DNA of 64,000 bases from an uncultured Clostridia bacterium (GTDB lineage: Bacteria > Bacillota > Clostridia > Christensenellales > CAG-917). Each line of letters begins with the position of its first letter. The stretch's first letter is position 1. The stretch is from NCBI GenBank assembly GCA_934277645.1, contig CAKQUX010000002.1, forward strand, positions 241,897 to 305,896. Reading direction: 5' to 3'. Under the pieces are notes generated by a model. It saw nothing but the letters and a program-made list of their open reading frames with translations. It ran no database searches and was not told where the DNA came from. Shown here piece by piece: positions 37,962 through 45,547 of the stretch. The position numbers and the translations under genes were made by a program.

Positions 37962-38002
37962 AAAATATTTACAAAAATTGTGAATAAAATTGATAAAATC
38001 TG

Positions 38003-38031
38003 TTGACGAGCTTTTTTTATAGGTGTACAAT
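38003..38031 (+). promoter_or_regulatory. sigma-A-type promoter TTGACG-17-TACAAT
   Basis: TTGACG at 38003-38008 and TACAAT at 38026-38031. Confidence 0.55.
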
Positions 38032-38049
38032 ATAAAAAAGGAGTTAAGT

Positions 38050-39693
38050 ATGAATAAACAGTTTAAGGATTCTATAAATCAATCTTACGAAGAAGCCATA
38101 AAGGCGATGGAAGAAGGACAATCGATAAAAGTCATCAGGTTGTCGCTTCTCGAATGCGCCGCAAGGCTTGAAGCGGTTGCAAAGATAGAGTTTGTCGAAC
38201 GCACAAAACTTAACGCGCTCGGTTATAAACTTTTGGGCGTTGCGCAGAAGTTGGGAAGCGGAGCGATGGACGTAGGCAAAGCGTACGAGTTTTTGACAGG
38301 TTTAAAACTCGAAGTCAAAAAACCGAGAACGGAATCTCCTAAAATAGATATAGACGACGAGCTTGCAGAACTGGCAAAACTCGATTTCAACAAAAACACG
38401 AGCTATGCCGATGCATCAGTCGGCGAAGATACAACAGACGACGAACAGAGCTTTTCGGCAGAAGAGAGCGTAGACGCGGAAGAAACGGAGCAAGAGAGCA
38501 GTCAAGAGCAAGCGGAAGATACGACTTTCGGATTTTCAAAAGTAAAACCTAATAAAAGTTCAAACGAGCTTAGGGCGACGACGCTTGCCGAATACGTCGG
38601 ACAAGAGAAAATCAAACCGCTCTTGAAAGAAGCCATTGCGGCGGCGAAAAAACGCGGAGAGCCGCTTGAACACGTTTTAATGTTCGGTTCGGCAGGGCTT
38701 GGCAAAACTACGCTTGCAAAGATAATAGCAAACGAAATGGGCGGCGAGTGCACGGTTATGAACGGCGCCACCATTAAAGACGTCAACGATTTTATCGACG
38801 TAATTAAAAACGTTAAACGCGGAGACGTGGTTTTTATCGACGAAATTCATCGTATGAGTCCGAGCGCGGCGGAAGCAATTTACAAAGCTATGGAAGACTT
38901 TGAATTGCAATACATTCAAAAAACAAGAGGCGGAGACGCAAAGAACGTCGATATTCAACTGCCGCCGTTTACTCTTATCGGAGCGACGACGCACAGCGGT
39001 CTTTTGTCAAAGCCTATGCGCGACAGATTTTCAATCAAATTCAAGCTCGAACCTTATACGACGGGCGAACTTACGATTTTAGCAACCAATTCAATGAAGA
39101 AGCTCGGATTCGAGTTCGGCGACGGCGCGGCGGAAGAAATAGCAAGTCGCAGTCGCGGAGTTCCGAGAGTTTGCAATACGTTCGTAAAGAGAATAAGAGA
39201 TAAAGCGCAGCTGCTAAATGTTCAGGTTATATCGAAAGAACTAGCCGAAAACTATTTCAAATCGGTCGGCATCGACGATAACGGACTTGACGAAAGCGAT
39301 TATGAATATCTTTCGACTCTCTATTTCAAATTCGACGGCGGACCTGTCGGAATGGACACTCTTTGCGCGGCATTAGGCGAGGGTAGAAACATTGTCGAAG
39401 AACAAATCGAACCTTATCTTATCTATCTCGGCTATATAAACGTTTCGTCAAACGGCAGAGAGCTTACTAAGTCAGGCAAGGAATACGTCAAAGAAAGAAG
39501 CGATGAAGGAGGCGGTGATAGAGCGTTGAACTTAATGCCTAATGAAACTTTTAATTCACAAAGTTGCATAGACAGTTATAATGCCGCCAAAGACGAAACA
39601 ACCGACCTGCCACAAGACGGCGACGAAGAAGTCGAAGCCGAAAACGGCGACGAAAATCAAAGCGGAAATCAAGACGAAAATCAAGATGAATAA
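38050..39693 (+). CDS. RuvB-family AAA+ ATPase, divergent, with about 185-aa N-terminal extension and acidic C-terminal tail
   Basis: The core aligns by eye to RuvB: Walker A GSAGLGKT, Walker B VVFIDEIH, LPPFTLIGATT, MRDRF, SRGVPR, and a GGPVG winged-helix region. Start set at ATG 38050 after AAGGAG. Confidence 0.7.
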   Translation: MNKQFKDSINQSYEEAIKAMEEGQSIKVIRLSLLECAARLEAVAKIEFVERTKLNALGYKLLGVAQKLGSGAMDVGKAYEFLTGLKLEVKKPRTESPKIDIDDELAELAKLDFNKNTSYADASVGEDTTDDEQSFSAEESVDAEETEQESSQEQAEDTTFGFSKVKPNKSSNELRATTLAEYVGQEKIKPLLKEAIAAAKKRGEPLEHVLMFGSAGLGKTTLAKIIANEMGGECTVMNGATIKDVNDFIDVIKNVKRGDVVFIDEIHRMSPSAAEAIYKAMEDFELQYIQKTRGGDAKNVDIQLPPFTLIGATTHSGLLSKPMRDRFSIKFKLEPYTTGELTILATNSMKKLGFEFGDGAAEEIASRSRGVPRVCNTFVKRIRDKAQLLNVQVISKELAENYFKSVGIDDNGLDESDYEYLSTLYFKFDGGPVGMDTLCAALGEGRNIVEEQIEPYLIYLGYINVSSNGRELTKSGKEYVKERSDEGGGDRALNLMPNETFNSQSCIDSYNAAKDETTDLPQDGDEEVEAENGDENQSGNQDENQDE

Positions 39694-40375
39694 AGAATTT
39701 TTATACGGCGACGAAAACTATCTTGCGCGGCAAGACTATTTCAGACACGGCTTAGTTTACTATACCAAGGGCGAAGAAATTTTAAATTCGCTCACTCACG
39801 CAATAGGCGGAGTTTTGGGTATAGCGATACTGGTCGTGTTTTATTTGCTATCGTCAAACGTTTACGAAAGAGCGGCGGCGATAATAAGCGGCGTTACGAT
39901 TGCGCTTCCTTATACGAATTCCGCAATATATCACGGGCTTACAAATTTAAAAATAAAATCCGTTTGGCGAAAAATCGACCATTCGTCGATTTGCTTTATC
40001 GTAATAGGTTGCGCCACGCCTATGATACTTTGCGTAAGTCAATCGGTTTACAATTTCGTTGCGCTCGGCATATCTCTTGCGGTGTGCGTTATAAATACGA
40101 TCGGTTGCTGTATAAACTTAAAACGCTTTTCAAAAATCGCTCTGTGCCTTGATTTTGTCGTTGCGTTTTTATTTACGGCGTCGTATATAACGATGCGAAA
40201 CGTAATTCCGTTTGTGTCGAAAATCTGTTACGTTTCGGGCGCGGCGGTTTGCCTTATAGGAATGATTGCTTACGGACTCAGAAAAAAATATATACATACT
40301 GTTTTTCACGTCTTTATGATAATCGGAACCGTGGTCTTTTTTGTGGCGGCATACGTCATCTACGGCGCATTTTAA
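39686..40375 (+). CDS. hemolysin III / PAQR family membrane protein
   Basis: Seven-TM protein with the N-terminal EEILNSLTH motif and C-terminal HVF. Its ATG overlaps the upstream stop (ATGAATAA). Confidence 0.75.
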   Translation: MNKEFLYGDENYLARQDYFRHGLVYYTKGEEILNSLTHAIGGVLGIAILVVFYLLSSNVYERAAAIISGVTIALPYTNSAIYHGLTNLKIKSVWRKIDHSSICFIVIGCATPMILCVSQSVYNFVALGISLAVCVINTIGCCINLKRFSKIALCLDFVVAFLFTASYITMRNVIPFVSKICYVSGAAVCLIGMIAYGLRKKYIHTVFHVFMIIGTVVFFVAAYVIYGAF

Positions 40376-40695
40376 TAAGAGTGTGAAAAAGTGAGTTTTT
40401 ATTTAACGTTTCAAATATCGTGAAGCCGATATATTTGTTGCTAAGTCAATATATTTAAAACACTATCTTAAAGCGATATTTAAAAGAGCTACCGCAAAAC
40501 AATATTTATAAATAATAGTTAGACAATCTATAACAAAAAATCAATATCAAAAACTTGTGTTTTAAAAATCAATATTTAAACAATTTGCAGGTAGTAGGCA
40601 AGCGGCATTTAGCCGAAACATATTAGGGTGAAAACGTAGCTTACAAAACCAAATAAAAAATTTTCTAAGATAGTAAATTTTCCCAACAAAAAGTG

Positions 40696-40724
40696 TTGAC
40701 AAATGTAAATTCGCATTGTATTAT
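40696..40724 (+). promoter_or_regulatory. sigma-A-type promoter TTGACA-17-TATTAT
   Basis: TTGACA at 40696-40701 and TATTAT at 40719-40724. Confidence 0.6.
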
Positions 40725-40781
40725 ATATTTGTAAAGGTAAGAGCAAAGCTCTAATCAGTTTAAAAATAAGGAGATACTATT

Positions 40782-41741
40782 ATGGCAGTAGGTAAAGCAT
40801 TAAAAGGCTTAATCATCGCTATTATCGTCATTGTGGTTATTGCGTTGATTCTCGGTATCGTTGCCGCCGTATTGCTCAATATGACGCCGAACAAACTCGG
40901 TTTCGGTGACACGGCAATCATCAACGGAGAGAGCTTCAACAGCTTGGGACTTGGCGATACTAAGCTTATAAACATCATAAAACAATTCAAGAGCATTTAC
41001 AAACCCGACGAGTCGGCAATAGTCAAAAACGGTTACAGCGCAAAAACGCAAGAACCTGTTGCGGAAAGCAACTTGTCGACAGGCTCTAACGTTTCGACGG
41101 TTGACGGCAAGGTTGACTATGCGTCGCTTATCACCTCAACGGTAAAGTATGACAAGGAATATTTGTTGACCTATGACGATAAGACGCTCGCTTACATCTT
41201 TGACCAAATGGTCAGATCGTCAGACGGTTCAAACGCTGCTCTTAAAACGATAAACGAAATGAAAGCCACCGTCAAAGAAGTATCTATCACTAAATCGAAC
41301 GGCGAAGCGAAGTTCAGAATCGTTTTGGCGGCAAGCCTTGCAAAGTTCAAAGACCAAATCAACAACGAACTCGGAAAGTTTGCAAACATCGTAAAAGTGC
41401 CTGATACCGTTTATATGGTTTCATATTTGAAACTCGACGCGGTTGATGCAAACGGAAAACTTGTTTTAAGCTCGGAATCATTGAAACTTAACGACCAAAG
41501 CGAAGGCGTAACGAAAGCCGTTTTGAAAGTCCTTTCAAGCGAAGCCGGACTTAGTGGCGACAGCGAAGCCGAAATTAACAAAAACGTTGCAGACGCAATT
41601 TCGACCATTGTGTCTCATCTCGGAAAGGTCGGCACAGCAACCGAAATCGACGCAACGACAAAGGAAATCACCGGCTCTGCAAGAATCGGCGAAACCGGAG
41701 TTATGAACGGCAAAATCTCGGTTGTAACTCACAAACAATAA
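40782..41741 (+). CDS. hypothetical membrane-anchored protein
   Basis: 319 aa with a single N-terminal TM helix (LIIAIIVIVVIALILGIVAAVLL). AAGGAG SD. No family recognised. Confidence 0.6.
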   Translation: MAVGKALKGLIIAIIVIVVIALILGIVAAVLLNMTPNKLGFGDTAIINGESFNSLGLGDTKLINIIKQFKSIYKPDESAIVKNGYSAKTQEPVAESNLSTGSNVSTVDGKVDYASLITSTVKYDKEYLLTYDDKTLAYIFDQMVRSSDGSNAALKTINEMKATVKEVSITKSNGEAKFRIVLAASLAKFKDQINNELGKFANIVKVPDTVYMVSYLKLDAVDANGKLVLSSESLKLNDQSEGVTKAVLKVLSSEAGLSGDSEAEINKNVADAISTIVSHLGKVGTATEIDATTKEITGSARIGETGVMNGKISVVTHKQ

Positions 41742-41798
41742 GCAATTCAAACGGACGCGAAAAACGTGTAATAGGGAAATTAGAAGGAAGGGAATAAA

Positions 41799-41830
41799 GA
41801 AAAAAGACAAGCCAAGGCTTGTCTTTTTTG
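41799..41830. terminator. bidirectional Rho-independent terminator
   Basis: A-run, then stem gacaagc-caag-gcttgtc, then a T-run, between convergent genes. Confidence 0.8.
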
Positions 41831-41883
41831 CTTGTTAGAAGTTTTGTGCGGCGTTTCTCCGCTCAATCGATTTTTGGGAACGA

Positions 41884-43020
41884 TTATTTCAAAAGTTCGT
41901 CCGCAAGTTCGTCTATTTCGATAAGATTTTCTTTTGAAAGGCTTGACACGATTTTGACTTGTTTTTCGATAAATTCAAGTCCCTTTTGGTTTGCGAGTTT
42001 TTCTTTCATAACTTTTGCCGCCATAGGCGCCCAAGAGCCGTTTTCGATGAAGCCTATTTTGCGATTTTTAAAGTTTCTCTCGACAAGTCCGTCCAAAAGG
42101 AAATTCATACAAGGGAATATGTCCCCGTTGTAAGTGACCGATGCGAAAACGATTTTCGAGTATTTAAAGCAGTTTGCGACCGCTTCCGCAGAATCCGTTC
42201 TGGCAACGTCCATAACCTTGAAATCTGTTTTGCCTTCGAGTCTGTTAGCTAGTTCTACAACGGCGTCCAAAGTGTTGCCGTAAATCGACGAATAGGCAAT
42301 AAGTACGCCGTCGGTTTCGGGCATATAGTTCGCCCAAAGGTTATATTTGCTCAAAACTTCGCCAAGGTCACCGGTCAAAACAGGTCCGTGCAAAGAATAT
42401 ATCGTTTCTATCGAAAGCCCTGCGAGCTTTTTGAGAGCGGCGACAACTTGCGCGCCGTATTTTCCTACGATGCCGATATAATATCTTCTCGCTTCGTCAA
42501 GCCACGGTTCATCGCAGTCGGTAGTGCCGAATTTGCCGAAAGCGTCAGCCGAGAAAAGGCATTTCTCTTGCGGACAATAGGTCATCATGACTTCCGGCCA
42601 ATGTACCATAGGCGTAAAGGCAAATTTGAGAGTTGCCGCGCCAAGGCTCAATTCTTCGCCGTCAACGACGATTTGCAAGTTAAAGTCGAAATCTCTGAAA
42701 AACTGTTTAAGCATTGCCGAAGTCTTTGCGTTTACGAGAATCTTTGCCTCGGGAAACTGCGTTGCAAACAGTTTCACGCAAGCCGAATGGTCGGGTTCCA
42801 TATGCTGAACGACGAGATAGTCTACGGTCTTCCCGTCGAGATTCGATTTTACGTTGTTTATCCATTCTTCGCCAAAATTGCCGTCGACGGTGTCGAGCAG
42901 GGCGACTTTTTCGTCAAGTACGAGATATGAGTTGTAAGCCATTCCGTTAGGAACGACGTATTGTCCTTCAAAAAGGTCTATTTCGCGGTCGTTTACGCCG
43001 ACGTTTATAATTCTTGTCAT
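41884..43020 (-). CDS. FprA-type flavodiiron protein (metallo-beta-lactamase + flavodoxin domains)
   Basis: HMEPDHSA diiron motif and a C-terminal flavodoxin-like domain. Start moved to ATG 43020 after GGAG. Confidence 0.85.
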   Translation of the reverse strand: MTRIINVGVNDREIDLFEGQYVVPNGMAYNSYLVLDEKVALLDTVDGNFGEEWINNVKSNLDGKTVDYLVVQHMEPDHSACVKLFATQFPEAKILVNAKTSAMLKQFFRDFDFNLQIVVDGEELSLGAATLKFAFTPMVHWPEVMMTYCPQEKCLFSADAFGKFGTTDCDEPWLDEARRYYIGIVGKYGAQVVAALKKLAGLSIETIYSLHGPVLTGDLGEVLSKYNLWANYMPETDGVLIAYSSIYGNTLDAVVELANRLEGKTDFKVMDVARTDSAEAVANCFKYSKIVFASVTYNGDIFPCMNFLLDGLVERNFKNRKIGFIENGSWAPMAAKVMKEKLANQKGLEFIEKQVKIVSSLSKENLIEIDELADELLK

Positions 43021-43048
43021 AGCTTTCTCCTTGTTGTTTCTTATTATT

Positions 43049-43077
43049 AGTATAAGTATGAGTTTAAAATATGTCAA
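43049..43077 (-). promoter_or_regulatory. sigma-A-type promoter TTGACA-17-TATACT
   Basis: Minus strand reads ttgacatattttaaactcatacttatact, immediately downstream of terminator 43078-43104. Confidence 0.55.
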
Positions 43078-43104
43078 TAAAAAAATAAAGGAGCAAGCTC
43101 CTTT
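43078..43104 (-). terminator. Rho-independent terminator
   Basis: Minus strand: aaagga-gcttgc-tccttt followed by atttttttatt. Confidence 0.6.
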
Positions 43105-43428
43105 AAAAGTTTGATTAAACTTAACTTAGCAGATTGAAAAACGTTTTAAAAACGTCATAACGGAATTCTGAGAAAGTTTTCAAAATGCTGCGACACGTAT
43201 TTTATTTACATCGACAATAGCGGCCTTCAAATAGCGTTTAAATAACGGTTTGAAAATAATGTTTAAGCAAAGCAATTTAAACAAAACGGTTTTCGCGTTT
43301 TATAGAGCGTTGCCACCTTGTTTAGACGATTTAGTTTAAACAAAATGATTTCTCGTATGACTTTTATGCCTGCAAACTAAAAGCAATCGATATGCGGTTT
43401 ATGCAAAATCGCAGGCAGTAGGGGCGTA

Positions 43429-44106
43429 TCAACCGAACAAAATTTTGACAAGTTCGTCGGTTGTCATAAACTTCGTTGCCGATTTTAAAAGCGATTTTAT
43501 TTTCGATACGATTATGTCTTTTGTAAGCCCCGACGTCAGAGAATTGACGGTGGCGGCAGAATAGACTGTTTTGATTGTATGCGAAATTGCTTTTTCGACC
43601 GACTTTGCGATTGACGCCGAATCGTTTAAAACGCCCACGTTTATAGAAGCCGTTTGAATTGTAAATTGCGAGCCGAAACGCTCTATGGCGTCCGTTATCG
43701 TCATTCCTATTGTCGAAAGCACCGTTTGTTCGATTTTGTCCGAATCGACGTTGCTCGAATTCCCCAAAGTGACATTTAAAATTCTTCCGTTTTTGTCGAG
43801 AGCGAAATCGAAATCCGCCGATTTTTCTTGCGAGTCTTCGATTGCGATATTAAGATAGGTAAAGTCGCTTACGCCGACGTTGTCCGCGCTTATGGTCGAA
43901 AAGCACAATAAAAACACAAACACGGCGCAGATTGCGTAAATGACGGGAATTACAAATTTTTTTGCCTTTACCCAAACAAGAGTCGCAAGAGGTCCTCGTC
44001 CCAGATTCTCCGCCGTGATAGGAGTCGATTTGATTTTGTCCAAAACGTTCGGCTGAACGGACTCGATTTCATTATTAAGTTTACGCGCAAATTCATCGAA
44101 TTTCAT
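43429..44106 (-). CDS. putative anti-sigma factor (single-pass membrane protein)
   Basis: Overlaps the 3' end of the ECF sigma gene by 14 nt. It has a short cytoplasmic N-terminus, one TM helix (FVIPVIYAICAVFVFLLCF) and an extracytoplasmic domain. GGAGG lies 6 nt upstream of ATG 44106. No zf-HC2 motif. Confidence 0.55.
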   Translation of the reverse strand: MKFDEFARKLNNEIESVQPNVLDKIKSTPITAENLGRGPLATLVWVKAKKFVIPVIYAICAVFVFLLCFSTISADNVGVSDFTYLNIAIEDSQEKSADFDFALDKNGRILNVTLGNSSNVDSDKIEQTVLSTIGMTITDAIERFGSQFTIQTASINVGVLNDSASIAKSVEKAISHTIKTVYSAATVNSLTSGLTKDIIVSKIKSLLKSATKFMTTDELVKILFG

Positions 44107-44632
44107 CTTCATCCTCCAAACGTTTTTTAAGTTTGCCGACGGCGTTTCTGTATGCCCAAAGCACAGTGCCGAGCGGTTTAAAAAGCATATCCGCAATCTC
44201 GCGATGCTTATAGCCGCCGACAATGTGAAGCAATACTATTTGCTGTTCGGTTTTGTTTAAGGTTTCCCTTATTATGTTTAGCATCGGCATCGAAAGTTTG
44301 TCTTCTATTTCGTAATCGCCGAAGCGGTTTTCCTGTTCGTTGAAATCGGTCGGCGTTTCGCGCTTGACTCTCTTTATTTCGTTAAGAGACAGGTTTTTCG
44401 CGATCGTAAAAATCCATGCCAAAGCGTTCGTGCCTGCCCTGTAACTGCCGATTGAGTTTCTGACTTTTATGTATGTATTTTGCAAAACGTCCTCAGCCGA
44501 TTGATAGTTTTTGACGTACGTTAAAATAAAGGAAAAAAGTCCCTTTCGAGTTTCGTTGTAAATAACGTCGAAAGCGGAGTCGTCGCCGTTTTTAAGGCGT
44601 ACCATATAACTGTCAAGTTCGGCTTTGTCCAT
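44093..44632 (-). CDS. ECF-type RNA polymerase sigma factor (sigma-70 family, regions 2 and 4)
   Basis: 179 aa. Region 2 (FDVIYNETRKGLFSFILTYV..ED.LQ) and a region 4 HTH (YKHREIADMLFKPLGTVLWAY). Confidence 0.85.
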   Translation of the reverse strand: MDKAELDSYMVRLKNGDDSAFDVIYNETRKGLFSFILTYVKNYQSAEDVLQNTYIKVRNSIGSYRAGTNALAWIFTIAKNLSLNEIKRVKRETPTDFNEQENRFGDYEIEDKLSMPMLNIIRETLNKTEQQIVLLHIVGGYKHREIADMLFKPLGTVLWAYRNAVGKLKKRLEDEDEIR

Positions 44633-44638
44633 AACGTA

Positions 44639-44666
44639 ATTATAACATACAACGGTCTTTACTCAA
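44639..44666 (-). promoter_or_regulatory. promoter TTGAGT-16-TGtTATAAT; -10 ends 6 nt before ATG 44632 (leaderless)
   Basis: Minus strand reads ttgagtaaagaccgttgtatgttataattacgttATG. No SD. Confidence 0.6.
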
Positions 44667-44874
44667 ATCTTCTCACACAAGTTTAACAAACACCGAAAGG
44701 AAAATATTTGAAATAAACAAAATTTAATCGAAATTTTAGCGGCAAAAGGCAATAGCCAAATCCAAGCGAAAATATTTTTGAATTAAGCAAGTGAAGAGCA
44801 AGTCAAATCGTCGTCGTGGCAGTTTAAAATTATAAGCCAAAGAAAAAACGAAACGGAAAACCAAGTCGGGAGCG

Positions 44875-44920
44875 TCAACGTAATAGGTTCAACGATATAA
44901 ATTCAACGTATAAATCAACG
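44875..44920. repeat. four direct TCAACG words (spacing 14, 14, 12 nt)
   Basis: TCAACG at 44875, 44889, 44903 and 44915, each followed by an A/T-rich (t/a)ataaa-like tail. Confidence 0.8.
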
Positions 44921-44944
44921 GTTAAATAAATCGGATAACAAGGC

Positions 44945-44980
44945 AAAAAGGAAAACAAAACGACTCAATGAGTCGTTTTG
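44945..44980 (-). terminator. Rho-independent terminator of the small Cys-rich ORF
   Basis: Stem aaaacgactc/gagtcgtttt with a 3-nt loop, followed on the minus strand by gttttccttttt. Confidence 0.75.
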
Positions 44981-44992
44981 TTTCTTGCTTCC

Positions 44993-45106
44993 TTACTTTG
45001 AAGACTTCGATTTCTTTTGCGAGCTTTGGCAACCGCAATCGCTTGCGCCGCAACCACAGCTCTTGACACTTGATTTTTGTGTCTTGACTTGCTTTGTGTT
45101 AGCCAT
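44993..45106 (-). CDS. small basic Cys-rich protein (37 aa): MANTKQVKTQKSSVKSCGCGASDCGCQSSQKKSKSSK
   Basis: Not in the ORF track (under 60 aa). It has a strong SD (AAAGGAGAAAGAA-ATG), a TATAAT box at 45133-45138 (minus strand) and its own terminator. Confidence 0.6.
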   Translation of the reverse strand: MANTKQVKTQKSSVKSCGCGASDCGCQSSQKKSKSSK

Positions 45107-45257
45107 TTCTTTCTCCTTTGAACTTACGTTCAATTATAGCTTGTCCGTTGTGGGGCTAAATATACCCCATACAAAAAAAATTTGAAACGGTTAAAATTTT
45201 CATTTGAATTTTCATTCGAGCGCAAGATTTAAAGAAAACTTTTAAAAACCTAAAATA

Positions 45258-45294
45258 TGTCGAACAGTGTCGGATTATGTCGAATGATGTCGAC
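45258..45294 (+). promoter_or_regulatory. cluster of four direct Spo0A-box (TGNCGAA) sites at exact 10-bp spacing
   Basis: TGTCGAA at 45258, TGTCGGA at 45268, TGTCGAA at 45278 and TGTCGAC at 45288. A further inverted perfect box (TTCGACA) is at 45492-45498. Confidence 0.65.
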
Positions 45295-45318
45295 AAACAC
45301 CGAAAAACGGAATAAATG

Positions 45319-45359
45319 GTGAAAAAATGGTGAAAAATAAGTGAAAAAGTGGTGAAAAA
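45319..45359 (+). repeat. four GTGAAAAA A-tract repeats at exact 11-bp spacing
   Basis: Copies start at 45319, 45330, 45341 and 45352, just upstream of the -35 of the distal spo0A promoter. Confidence 0.85.
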
Positions 45360-45374
45360 TTAGGTCAAAATGCT

Positions 45375-45402
45375 TTGACTTTTGACCGCAAGGTGCTATA
45401 AT
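45375..45402 (+). promoter_or_regulatory. distal spo0A promoter TTGACT-16-TGcTATAAT
   Basis: TTGACT at 45375-45380, TG at 45394-45395 and TATAAT at 45397-45402. A second TATAAT at 45518-45523 may be a proximal promoter. Confidence 0.55.
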
Positions 45403-45547
45403 ACCCTTGCAAAAGAGAAAAATTGCACATTTTATGCAAAACTATTTACCTTTTTATACGATTTGACAAAATTCAATTAAGTGTACCGTAATTCGACAAA
45501 TAGCAGACAGTATTAGCTATAATTGCAAATTTTTTTAGGAGGGCAGC

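Noticed and set aside
44985-45185. The 66-aa plus-strand ORF from the track.
   Set aside because: It has no SD or promoter. The opposite strand carries a far better signalled 37-aa ORF with an SD, a -10 box and a terminator.
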